64,000 nt of DNA from Fimicolochytrium jonesii (lineage: Eukaryota): assembly GCF_025526975.1 (NCBI RefSeq), contig NW_026515698.1, positions 248,001 to 312,000 of the forward strand, written 5' to 3'. Both the position numbers and the translations under genes were made by a program. The notes beneath the pieces are model-generated. The model was not told the origin of the DNA. It searched no databases and saw only the letters and a program-made list of their open reading frames with translations. This document shows, one piece after another, positions 39,427 to 51,730 of this stretch (within the stretch, counting starts at the first letter, position 1; every line of letters begins with the position of its first letter).

Positions 39427-42400
39427 CTACGGATGTATCCTCACAGTAAAAAGCCGGATATGCGTCCCTAGAGTTCGGTGAAAAAAGCGCATCAGCAATG
39501 CGTGGGAATCGACGGACAGGACAGACGCAGAGACTTACCAGTCCATATCGGCGGACACAGCTTCGCCGCCTCCCCAGCGCCCATCGCATTGCTCTTCATA
39601 TACACGCATCCCTAAAGGGGACGAAATACAAGAATGTCAGAATCCACATCTCGGAACCTCCCCACAACGACCGAACATATAAAAACAAACACGTACCCAA
39701 AACCACCCAACAAACCAAACCCTCACCCCAACGCCCCCGACAAACCTCCTCACAAAGATCGGATGCGGCACCGGCAACACGCCCACCAACGTCCCGCTAT
39801 TCAAATACTCGAGCACTTTCCGGTCGTCGTTGATCCCCTGCTCGACGCAGAGCTGCTCGATGGTGGGGGCGAGGGATGAGAGGAGGGTTAGGAGCGTGTG
39901 CAGGGGGAGGTGGGCGTGCCAGTAGGCGAACTAAACATCACCCAAGTGAGAAATGACAGTTAGTTTGGCGGTGGGGGAGAGGATGGCGGAGGGGGAGGGG
40001 GGGGGGGGGGGGGGGGGAATCGATGGACGTACCCATTCCTGCGTCGGCACGAATTTCCCGCGTTCATCCACCATAGCCTTCCCGTCTGCTTTCGCGCCGT
40101 CTACCCTGTCCCCATCATTCTTCCCACCCTCCTCCGAATCCACGTGCGCGGGTAACTTCCCCTTCCCCTTCTCCGACAACCCCTCCTGCGGGGGTATCAC
40201 CTCCCCCACATCCTCAGAATGATCCACCTCGCTCTCCCGTCTTGACGTCGGCAGCGACGTCTCCCCCGGTGGTGTCGTGTCTCCATTCGTGTTACTCGTA
40301 GCAGCAGTGGGTGTGGTGGTGGTCGAGGGAGTTGAGATCCCAGCCTGCTGTAATTTCTGAGCCCTCAACGCACGGATCCGTTGCAGTTCCGCGTTGGCGT
40401 GCTCGAAAGTGAGGTCGTGGAGGGCGTAGAATTTCTGTTTGTAGCGGACCAAGGCGTACAATAGTGGTGTGTTTCCTAGAACATGAAATCGTCGTTAGCA
40501 TGATGCAGACCCTCCATTGTGGAATAAACATAATGACAACGTATTTGTGTACCCACCAGTAACCTGATACTGCACAAGATTATTAAACACCTCCAACACA
40601 TAAAACACATTCTTATGGTTATACTCATTCGCGAGCATGAACGCCGGGCTCGCAAACGCCGAGTACAATGACAACAACTTGTTGGCGGTCGTCACTGATA
40701 GCGTTTTGACGTAAGGGGAGACGTTGGCGAGGGCAGTGAGGAGGGGTTCGTGTAGGGGGATGGAGGTGGGGGGGCGCGTGGTGGAGGTGCAGAGGGTGTG
40801 GACGGCCTGGGGTTGGGTAGAATGGATGGGGTGAGATGGAGATGTAGCAGTGGTTTGATGAGTTGGGATAGTGGGACTTACCAAGAACAAGAAATCAGCC
40901 CAAGTCCCCGTCGTGAAATTCGGCACCGCTTTCGCGGCAGCCCCGACCGCGGCATGGTCGAAGGGCCCGTTGAGCTGCACGCTGAAGTTGCGGTCTTGGG
41001 AGAGCATGTGGAGGAGGAAGCTGCACATGCGGAGGAAGCCTACTTGTGCTGTTAGGTGGGGAAGGGAAGATGCTGTGAGTGATGGTGTGGTGGGGGAGGC
41101 GGTGGGGTGGAGGATACGTTACATGGGTCGTTCCGGGCCTCAACAGCAAGGTAGAGTATAGAAGCGAGCACGATCAGAATCTTATCCGTTTCCATCGCCT
41201 GATGTTGGAATTTCTGTACGCCGAGGGGGCAACCACACCACAACTTGAGCATGCGATGACTCCCATCTCGAATGAAGATGCCGTACGTACCGGATTGCTC
41301 TCCATCAACTTCCAAAACAGCATCAGCACCTCGGCCTGCAGGTTCACGCGTTTCGTCGAGCCGGGGAGGTATGTGTTTGCCGACTGCCACATACAATCCC
41401 ATATCACCTATTAGTGACCACCCATTACGGGATGCATCTGCCACGGGACATACCTCCAAAGGATTCTTCAAAATCCGGCAAAACCCCGTCATAATCAACA
41501 AAAAGTCCTGCGGGCGGTGTAATTTGCCCGCATAGAACGCAAAGTCGTTGCGGAGGGCGTCTCTCTGCAAAAAGTGAATCACGTTGGACACACACGTACG
41601 TACGGCCCATTTCATAGTCATAGTAGAGGGGCACATACCTTGGGTCCACCATCCCCACTGGCGGGGTTAAACGCTGCCGCGCTACTCCCGCTCGCGAAGG
41701 ATGTCCGTCTATCCGGTTCCGCGGGTGTGTTCCGGCTATAAATTCGAGGTATCAGTAAACCATGCTTTCCTCCGAGCTTCCGAAGGCGAACTCATCTTTA
41801 CCTAGAACCGACATCGGGCGTTGACGGCGCCGAATCCTGAATCGGTGACCGAGCGTCGAGTAAAGCTACCAGAGTTTGGAGGCAAAGCATGACGAACTGT
41901 TCTTGGACGTTTGCAAAGATAAGCTGTGAACAGGATAAGTACCAAACGTGCACTCCACATTAGCGAAAGACCGGGGACATTACATCAGCCGCTCAAACCC
42001 CAAACATACATGATTGTAAGGCAGCATCCCCCACCCAACCGGATCATAATTCACACTCGTATTCAACAACGAGCACAGCAACGACAGGGTGGCTTTCTTC
42101 TCCAACCCGGTAACGATCGCGTTAGACCACCGGCTTTGTGTTGTTGTCAGTTTAGCGGTGGGTATGTAGATGGTGCGCGAGAGGAGGGTGAGGAGGAGAC
42201 GGAGGGTTTCGGTTCGGTGGGTGATTTCGGTGCGGGTGGTAGCGGGGGAAACGGAGGCGCCTACGCCTTGTTCCCTGGGGAAGTGGGGAGACCGGTGAGT
42301 CGGTTGTATGTTGCGATGGAGGACGAAACGTCCGAGACTCGTACCAGATGATGTATTGCACGCCATGCCCCGTCTGCGGGTCCGTCCCCTCCGGCAACGT

Positions 42401-43141
42401 GAACCCTCTGAAAAACAACAACTGCACGACTGCCCTGCACAGCTTTGGCGCAAGGAGATCATCCCCGCTCCAGAACAGCTTGTCCTCAAAGTCGGATTCG
42501 GCTTCAAAGATGTATGGTAACAGCCGCGTCAGGATCCGGATGCAGTTTAGGATCTCTTTTGCGTCGTCTTTTGTGGGGGGTGTTGTTAGGGAGAGGAAGG
42601 TGGAGATTCGGTCTAGGATCTGCAATAAGTCGATGGGTGAACGATATCCTTCGACAACGCAAATACAACGCGGATGAAGCGTCGTCAACCCATCAATCCA
42701 TCAACCACCATTACCAACGCGACAAGGACGTTGGACCGGTGTGTGCTCCGCCCTCCTAGGCCCCGCCGCACTCAAGCATGCCCTGCACCTGCCCTCCCCA
42801 TCCACCCATTCTCCACCGCAAACCTCCCATCCCTTGTCACCGCTCCCGCCGTAACCCACCTTCTCGATCAGCGTCACCAAATTCCCACCGGCCACATCCC
42901 TAACCCTCCTGATATCCTTCGGGGCGAAAAGATTAAAGACATCCTCGGCCGTGTCGGGGAGGGTGTAGAAGTTGTGCCAGAATTCTTGGGAGGTTGGAGG
43001 GATGTTCTGGAGGAAAGGACAAAGATTAGGGGAGATCTCGGTGAGGAAGGGGCGAGAGGAGAGAAGAGAAGAGGGTACTTGTTGTTCGTAGAGCTGGAAG
43101 ACGTTCTTGCGGAAGGCTAGTTTTGACTCTGTTGCGCCCAT
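39427..43141 (-). CDS. HID1: HID1/Ecm30 family Golgi protein, multi-exon
   Basis: Myristoylation-type start MGATESKLAFRK, EILNCIRILTRLLPYIFE, YDPVGWG, ALANVSPYVK, C-terminal PPIWTGTHIRLF. Confidence 0.9.
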
Positions 43142-43358
43142 TGTGAGTAGCTTCCCGTGTGCCTGTCGCTTGTATAGTGACGTTTGAAGCGGCAGGGAAC
43201 AGAACGAGGGGAAAGAGCAAGAGGGAGGCCGCCGTTGTCTGTCTGTCTGTCTGTCTGGGTGTCGCCCATCGGACGCGTCTCTCCGCCCTCTCTCTCTGGC
43301 TCCAGCACCTCCCTCAACTCCCCCCTGACTCCCAGCCATATGATATGCATCTGCAACA

Positions 43359-44758
43359 ATGGAGCTATCAACCATAGGCCTCCAGTGCTCCGCTCAACTC
43401 TGCAACAGGCTAGGTAACACACTCCCCCCCCCCCTCCCCTCCCCTCCCCTCTCTGACCTCTTCCTAACACACACCCTCCTGCAATCTTCGTATTCTAGAC
43501 TTCCTTCCGTTCAAATGTAGCGCTTGTCTGTTCGTCTTCTGGTACGTATGGGCGCGAGGGTTACGACTTTCTCCGCTCTTGCTTGGTGGGGAGACGCATG
43601 TCGGGTGGTTTGTAACCCAGCGAGTGTTTTTTTTTGGCAGTCTGGAGCATAGGACGCCCTCGTCGCATGCATGCGCCAAATGGACCGAGAAGGACGTATG
43701 TGCTGCGTTTATTCATGAATGAAGGGAAGATCCAGGGGACCTGGAGCGGAATCTCATCAGCCCCCTCGCTCCCGCCCGCAAAGGCGTAACAGAAACACCT
43801 CCCCGTCTGCCCTCTCTGCTCAAACATCCTGTCCTCCACCCCCGGTGTATCCGACACCGATATCGTAAGAACAGCCAACTCATCCCATTTTTGGCTTCAC
43901 GCCCTCCGTGCTTTTTTGCTTATTTCCCGATGTTTATCTATCGAACAGTTGAACGCCCACCAATCATCAAAATGCACCACGCACATCACACCCACGAAAC
44001 CGTCCGAGAAGATCACATGTGGGATGCATGGATGTGGGAAGAGGGAGTTGTGGGGGGTCAAATGTCGGAAATGCAGCCATGCTTTTTGTTTACAGTATGC
44101 ATTCCCACCCCCCCCCGTTTTGCTATCACTGTGAAGCTGACTTTTTGTTGTTGTATCGTGTGCAGACATAGACACCCCTCCGCACACGCATGCACAGTCC
44201 TCGCCCGCGAACTGACCGTGAAGAAGGAAAAGGACGACGCGTTGGCGGGCGTGACGGGGACGAAGCGGACGGGGGGGACGAAAGTAGGGGGGGCGTCGGA
44301 TGCATCGGGCAAGAAAACGAAATTGAGCCCGGCTGTCGAGTTGATGAGGCTCAAGATGCACGCCAAGGTGAATCGTCCTCATTCTCAAACGCAGGCGACA
44401 TCCCCCACAACTGACCACTAAAGCTGTGACAAAACCCGCACAGGGCGACGCATCCATCCCCGTCCCATCCCGCACATACCTGTCGATCACATCCACAACC
44501 GAGCCCGCCCTCTCCACCCCGACACCCATGTTCTTTCATAAAGACTGGACGGTTGGGCGGTGTGTGGATTATATCGCCAGCGCACTCAAGATTACCAACG
44601 TCAACAATACCGGGAATAGAGAGAGTTTGCTTGCGCTCTATGACGCGGAGGGGCGGAGGCTGGGGATGGGGGAGAGTGTGGGGACGGTGGGAAGTGGGAG
44701 GGGGGTGAGGTTGGAGAGGGGGGTGATGGAGAGTGTTGATGTCGAGACAACACCGTGA
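43359..44758 (+). CDS. AN1-type zinc finger protein (ZFAND1/Cuz1-like)
   Basis: MELSTIGLQCS..CNRLDFLPFKC, a second AN1 finger, ELMRLKMHAKGDASIP, FFHKDWTVGRCVDYIA. Confidence 0.85.
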
Positions 44759-44907
44759 GAGAATCACTCCATCGAATGTACTGTACGTGAAGTGTGAGCG
44801 AAACTTTGTGTACAAGTTGCCATCATCGGCGACGCCTCAGGCAGAGGTACAATGATGTGGATGGCAGATAACCACCACGGAAAATAGTATGGGGTGAAAA
44901 TTCTAGA

Positions 44908-47250
44908 CTACCGGTTACGGGAGAATGCGTCTGGTCTGTGGCCATTGCCAAGCACCACCGAGCGCACAATCAAGAGAAAATTCTTGGTGCTTAGGACGTC
45001 CCGATTGTGCACTTTCATCCGTAGTCGTTGTGGTCGTCTTCCAGGAATCTCAAATGGCGTCCAGTCTTGGTTGATACATTCGGGGTTGGGGCAACCCACC
45101 AATCCATGGACGTATTCCATTCTTCCCTTTCTAGCTTGCCATGGTCGAGATGACAGCCGCTGTCGGATGTTTTTCTTCACACGGCCGTGGCAGTCGGGGC
45201 ACACGGACGAAGTTCAATACTCATCCAGCAAGTAGGATGGAATGCTGTTTCTCGCAAAGAGTGTGCAAAATCTGTTCCATGATGAGTTAGCATAATGGAA
45301 TACATAGTAGATACCACCAATCATGGTCACTCACCCCTTGATCTTCGATGACTCCTGAAAGCGCATCGTTTTCCCAGCATCGCTCCAATCACCCAAGATG
45401 ACCAAAAAATTCTTTCCATACTGGCGTCGCATGTTCTTAATGAGCTTGCTCTCAGACTTTTGCCGCAGTGAGAACGCCTTGAACCTGCGAGCGACTTGAA
45501 TCTCATCCTGGTAAAACTCATCCAGGGCGGGATCTGGGATATGGATGGATGTCAGCCCATGTATTACTAAATTTGAAGACAGCGCATAATACATCATACC
45601 TGCATGTATGTGATCCACAATGAGCGCTGAGAACGCCTCCATCTTCATGCTCTTGTGCGACGGAATATGTGATTCCATCTCAGCGACGCCGGCATTGATC
45701 TTTCGCTCTGTCATGTCTCTTTGAAAGAACCGAGACTTTGTCTCTACCGCCCGTTGATTGGATGTGTATCTGGTACGGGGTGGCGTTTTGTGAGAATGTG
45801 GCAACGGATGGTGGGGACGGTAAGGGGGGGGATGGTGGGGACGGGGACAAGGACAGGGTTGGCCTCAATACCGTCATGCAGGTCATCAACATGGGCCACG
45901 CGACGAGCGATATGATGCGCGACGGCGACGAGCAAACCAACCGCGGGCGCTCCCTCATCGGCGGCGTTCCCATCGACGGCTCCGTGCTTGTCCAACTCTA
46001 TCAACGAACTCCTCGCCCAGATCCGCGACGGTGGCAACCGCTACAACATGATTAGCGCCACCGAGGCCCTCGTTGCCAACATGGCTGCGGAAGCCGTCAA
46101 CGCCGTCTGGACCAACTTCGTTGCCCGTGTCCGCAAACAGGGGAACCACCCCTTCCAAATCAACGTCCGCAAACACCTCCGCAGCGTTGGGGCGGGGCGG
46201 GGGGGGGGGGGGGAGGGGGGGGGGGGGGGGACAGCAGGGCAGTAGTAATCAACTGAAACGTACCGAAATGGGCGCTCCTTCTCCATGTCTCGACAGAACA
46301 GGAGGTCACGCTTGCCCGGATCAATGCAGACGATGTTTGGAGCCTCCCTTAATTCGTCAATGTGGTGCTCAAAATACTGCTGCTTGACTTCTTCCTGCAT
46401 TTGGGCCTTGCTGCGCTTCCGGGCCCGATACGCGAACTTGAGCCCTGGCTTCTTGAAGTGGATGGTAACGGAATACCCGTCGGTGCTAATTGACCCATCG
46501 AACTTGAGACCAAGCTTCTTTCGATGTTTGAAGACCTTGTCCTATAACCCGTCGTTCAGCAGGGCAATCGAAATAAGCGCAGAAGGGTACAGACTTAACT
46601 TACATTCACATTGAGAAACTGCCCCCACAGCTCCCGCTTGCGTTCATCGGTGAACTTCCCCATGCAAGATTGGCTCAAGCTCAGAATATGATTGCCTAAG
46701 ATCATCGTGTCGATCCTAACAGATGACTGGATTCGAGATTTGCGCAGCGGGATAGCCGAAAACAGCCGCATTCTACGGCGCTCATAAAGGCGTGAGAGCT
46801 CACAATAGGCACCTGTGATGAGGCAGGTGCGGACCATGATTAGACAAAAGAGGAAGCCGCGCGGGGGGGGGGGGGGGGGGGGGGGGAGGGGGAGGGGGGG
46901 GGCCGGCTGGAAAAAAACTAACTCACCTAAATATGGCATTGCATTCACCGCAAGGCTGTATGCAAGTGGTTCATCCTGGGGAGGAAACAGAGCCCATAAC
47001 TCATTGAGGAGAGTCTGCTCAGGTCGTGTGAGGCGGTCAAACTCCTCTTCAGTTGGGTACTCTTCAAATGTTGCAAACTTTATGAATTGACGGACACGCC
47101 GGTAATACTGTTGGCGCTGCGCTCGGCTGACTCCGGCTCTCTGAAGATGCAGTACGACTTCTTTCAAGCCAATCCTTTCATTGACGTAGCGCAGAAGCAT
47201 TTGCAGAAAATGCTCTTGTACGTTAACTTTCAGGTTGGTGAAGATGACAT
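44908..47250 (-). pseudogene. Fanzor1-type (eukaryotic TnpB-like) RuvC nuclease gene with five introns; 5'-truncated, one premature stop
   Basis: Spliced product includes FSAIPLRKSRIQSSVRIDT, ISTDGYSV, RuvC-I VCIDPGKRDLLFC, FRYTSNQR, ILGDWS, LLDEY*TSSVCPDC, CPNPEC and RuvC-III HNRDVLSTKN. Introns at 46813-46926, 46542-46603, 45770-46263, 45534-45599 and 45272-45334 all restore frame. Confidence 0.88.
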
Positions 47251-47271
47251 CAAAGAACCCTCCACGGAACA

Positions 47272-47315
47272 GGGTTTTCCCAAGGTCCAGCCGCAGTAAA
47301 GCCCCAGCGACTGGA
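47272..47315 (+). promoter_or_regulatory. Gag-pol -1 programmed ribosomal frameshift signal
   Basis: Slippery heptamer G GGT TTT (47272-47278) in gag phase, 7-nt spacer, then stem TCCAGCCGC..GCGACTGGA. The gag frame stops at 47299; the -1 frame is open into pol. Confidence 0.75.
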
Positions 47316-50300
47316 GAACACACACTCCTCCGGGCCTCCTAACCTTGCAGCTCCTGCAACGGAAGAGGCCACCCCCCTGGTTCCCGACTCCGTTAAATCC
47401 AACACAACCCTCCTAGCCGCCGCCCATGTCGAAAACTCCGAAATTAACCCACGCGCCATGCTTGCGCTGGGTCCTGCCGAACCCTTCAACTACCCCGTTA
47501 CCATCATGGTATCATCCAGCCGCGCCCCGATACCTACCTCAGCCATGATCGACAATGGTGCCCTGTCCTGCTTCATCGACAGAGACTTTGCCCGCAAACA
47601 CCGCATCGCCCTAGTCCCGCATCAGCGTCCACTGACAATCGAACTCGTTGACGGTCAACCCAGCTCTGCTGGGCCAATCACCCATCACACCCAACCAGTA
47701 GGCATGTGGGTTGACAACCACTTTGAAGAACTCGTCTTCCATGTCACCAAATCACCCCACGCTCCAATCCTCCTTGGTCTCCCCTGGCTCCGCCTCCACG
47801 ACGTTAACCTTGACTTCAAGAACCTTTCGGTCGGTTCCCGTTGCGACTGTCAGTACCATGAATTCGCAAATTGGCACCGCTCCCCGGCACCCCCGAGCCC
47901 AGCACCCGCCAGATCTCCCGAGCCCTTGATCCGCATCCCCCAGGATGAAGTCCCCATCAACAAAACATGGTCGATCCCAGTACCCAAGGTATCTCGCTCC
48001 AGCACCCCAGAACTGGCTCCCACGCCGCTCCGAGTCTCGTTCATCTCCGCCCCAGCCTTCCGGGTCGCAGCAAGGCATGACCAGGTCTCTGTCGCCTACG
48101 CCAACCCTGCAAAACCCGAGCTCCCGGCCTCACCTAGCCCCAGTACCCTCCCAACAACCGAGAAAGACATCAAAGACTTCCTGCCCCCCGCATATCAAGA
48201 TTTCGCCGACGTTTTCGAAAAGAAAAATGTTGACACTCTCCCTGAGCACCGGCCCTACAACTGTCCTATCGACCTGGAAGAAGACAAGCAGTCACCTCTT
48301 GGCCCGATCTACAGCCTCAGCAAACCAGAAATGAAAGCACTCTGCGAATACCTCGAAGAAAACCTCGCCAAAGGATTCATCAAACCCTCAAAGTCCCCTG
48401 CCGGTGCGCCAGTCTTATTTGTGAAGAAAAAGGACGGTTCTCTCCGCCTCTGCGTCGATTATCGAGGCCTGAAGAGCATCACGGTGAAGAATTGCTACCA
48501 CCTGCCCCTGATCAACGGTATCATGGACCGTTTGCGCGGTGCCCGCCATCTCACCAAGATCGACCTCCGCGGCGCTTACAACCTCTTACGCATGCGCCCG
48601 GGCGATGAATGGAAGACCGCCTTCCGCTGCCGCTACGGCCTATTCGAATACAATATCATGCCCTTTGGACTCAGCAATGCTCCTGGCGTTTTCCAGTACC
48701 TGATGAACGACATCTTCCACGACATTCTCGATGTGTTTGTTTTTGTCTACCTTGATGATATCCTGATATTCTCCAAGAACCCCGAAGATCACCCCAAGCA
48801 CGTCCGCGAAGTCTTGTCCCGCCTCCGCCAGCATGGGTTGTACGCCAACCCGAGAAGTGCGAATTCAACCGTGAATCTGTCGAGTTCCTAGGCTTCATCA
48901 TCTCCGAGAAAGGCATCCAAATGGACCCCAAGAAGATCGCTGCCATCACGGATTGGGAACCTCCCAAGAATGTCAAAGGCGTCCAGCGCTTCCTCGGCTT
49001 TGCCAACTTCTATCGCCGATTCATCCAAGGTTATTCCAAGATCGCTACCCCGCTCACAGCCCTGACCCGGAAAGACATCCCGTACGCCTGGACGCCCGCC
49101 GCAAACACCGCCTTCGAGAACCTGAAGAAATCATTCACCACCGCCCCCATCCTTGCTCACCCTGACCCAGAGAAGCCCTTTGTCGTCGAAACTGACGCCC
49201 CCGACTTCGCCTCTGGCGCAGTTCTCCTCCAACCTGACCAGGACAATCAGCTCCACCCTGTGGCCTTCCACTCTCGCAAATTCACGGCCGAAGAGATCAA
49301 CTACGAGATCTACGACAAGGAACTTCTGGCCATCCAAGACTCCTTTGCCCAGTGGCGACACCATCTCATTGGCGCCCGTCACAAGATCACCGTTTACTCC
49401 GACCACAAAAACCTTCAGTACTTCATGACCACCCGCACCCTGAACCGCCGCCAAGCCCGCTGGTCGATATTCTTCTCGGATTTTGACTTTGTCATTACCT
49501 ATCGCCCCGGTTCCCAGCAGCACCAAGCCGATGCCCTCTCCCGACGCTCGAACATGAGCTAAAGAGGGGGAAGAAGCGTTCCGCTCCCAGGCGACCACAA
49601 TTTTGACTCCCGAACGCCTCCGACTCGCCGCGGCCTACCTCACACCCATGGATACTACGCTGCTTGACAAGATTAAGGCCGCCCAGGCCTCTGACCCCTC
49701 GCTAAGACCATCCGCAAAGAGCTCAAGATACCCCTTGCCCAACGGACCGAGGAAACCCAAGATCGTATCAAGCGGTTCTCAGATGAAGATGGGATCCTGC
49801 TGCACGATAACCTTGTCTATGTCCCCACCAATGAGCTCCGAGCTGAAGTCTGCCACGACATGCACGATACACCCCTAGCCGGCCACTTTGGGATGTCCAA
49901 GACGCTCGAACTCGCCTCCCGCAACTACTGGTGGCCCAGCCAGTGGCGCTTCGTCAAGGCCTACGTCAAGTCCTGCGATATCTGTAGCCAAGCGAAATCC
50001 AGTCGACACAAACCTTACGGCCTACTCCAGCCCAACAGTATCCCTACCCGCCCTTGGGGATCTTGGTCCCTGGACTTTATCACCGGTCTGCCTCCCGTTG
50101 ATGGGTACGACTCCATCCTGAACGTCAACTGTCGCCTCACCAAGATGGCCCACTTCATCGCCTGCAGCGAGTCAGAATCCGCCGAATCCACCGCCGACCT
50201 AGTCTTCCACAATATCATCCTGTCTCCACGGCCTCCCCGACGACATCATCTCTGACCGAGGACCCCAGTTCAAGTCCCGGTTCTGGCGTCGACTTCTCGA

Positions 50301-51190
50301 ACTCCTTGGGGCGAAAGCCAACCTCTCCTCGGCCTTCCACCCCCAGAGCGACGGCCAGACGGAACGCACCAACCAGATCCTGGAGCAGTATCTCCGATGC
50401 TTTGCAACCACCAACAGGACAACTGGAAACGGCTTCTGTTGTCCGCCGAGTTTGCCTACAACAACACCCACCAGTCCGCTTCCCAGACCACCCCCTTCTA
50501 CGCCAACAATGGTCTCCACCCCCGCTTCAGTTTCGCTGCCTCTGCTACCTCCGAATCCGTCAACCCCGCCGCTGAAGCCCGCGCTAAACAAATCAGGGAA
50601 GTCCATGAACAGCTCGTCCTTGAGCTCAAGGAAGCGCAAGATCGAATGAAGGGCTACGCTGACGCTATACGAATCCCTGGACCAAACTTCAAGCATGGTG
50701 ACCACGTCTGGCTCCTCCGAAAAAACCTCCAGACGACCCGGCCCTCTCCGAAGCTCAACCATCGCGAGATTGGGCCATTTCCCATCGTTGAAAAGATCAA
50801 TCCAGTCGCCTACCGACTCAAGCTCCCGCCTACGTACAAAATCCACGATGTCTTCCATGTCTCGCTCCTCGAACCCCGCTTCACCATCCCCGAACGACAC
50901 GAACCCGAACCCGGGCCCCAGAGACCGTTGAGGGTCAAGAAGAGTGGGTTGTTGAAGCCATACTTGACTCTCGCATCCATCGTCATCGCCTTCAGTACTT
51001 GGTCAAATGGCAGGGCTGGCCTGACTCCGAGAACACCTGGGAGCCCGTGGAACACCTCACCCATACCGACGCACTCCTCAAGGACTTCCACAGCGCGTAC
51101 CCCAACAAGCCTTCCTCTGTCCCCGGTGCCCCTCCTCCACAACCACACCAAACTCGCCGCCGCCGCCGCCGCCGCTAAAGAGAGGGGTGA

Positions 51191-51730
51191 TGTTATGGAC
51201 GACGCGCCCATACCATAAGCTTACCTACTGACAGCCGCCAATGTCAACCGCCAATGTCAAACGCCAATGTCAATGTCAATGTCAGTGTCAATGTCAGTGT
51301 CAATGTCAATGTCAATGCCACTCCCCCTCGCTCCTCTCATTTCGCCAATCCTCCCGCAATATGGCCACTCCTCCTCTCTCCTCTCATTTCGGCAATCCCC
51401 CCTCGGCTTCTCCACACTCCCCACTACTTCTCCATAGCCAGCAGCTGTAGCAATGCTCTCTACGCTCGCCACGCACGCTCTAGGAGCATAGCTGGCGCCC
51501 CCCCCCAGTCCCCTCTTGTTGTTGTTGTTCTCTGGCCTGCTGGGTTGCCTATCTATAAATAGCCGGCCTCTCTTCGTCCATTCCCTTCCTCCCCAGCAGA
51601 TCAACACCAGTTCTTCTCATCTCCTGTTCTAGTCCTTGTTTCTTGTTTCGCCAATACAATCTCTTGTCGCCTATCACTCTCGCCTTGTCTTCTCTACTTC
51701 GTTTTCGCCTCAGTCTTCGAGATCATAACA
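51191..51730 (+). repeat. 3' LTR (540 bp) of the Gypsy element
   Basis: Follows the polypurine tract AAAGAGAGGGGTGA. Starts TGTTATG and ends CATAACA (7-bp inverted termini). TATAAA near 51554 and a (CAATGT)n microsatellite at about 51239-51316. Confidence 0.9.

Larger units (their letters stand above)
47250..51730 (+). mobile_element. Chromoviral Ty3/Gypsy LTR retrotransposon, 5'-truncated (gag tail, PR-RT-RH-IN-chromodomain, PPT, 3' LTR), several frameshifts
   Basis: Protease IDNGA, RT LRLCVDYRGL/YLDD, RNase H VETDA..YDKELLAI, integrase HDTPLAGH..C..C, LDFITGLP, SDRGPQF, DGQTER, chromodomain YLVKWQG..ENTWEP. Confidence 0.97.

Noticed and set aside
46860..46902. Poly-Pro/poly-Gly coding insert in Fanzor
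   Set aside because: It falls inside intron 46813-46926. Similar G/C homopolymers occur in host introns and 3' regions (e.g. near 40000, 21140 and 43430).
47458..51180. Active, autonomous retrotransposon
   Set aside because: It lacks the 5' LTR and nearly all of gag, and pol has multiple frameshifts. Some single-base indels could be sequencing errors.
51241..51450. (QC)n Cys-rich peptide ORF
   Set aside because: Translation of the (CAATGT)n microsatellite inside the LTR.
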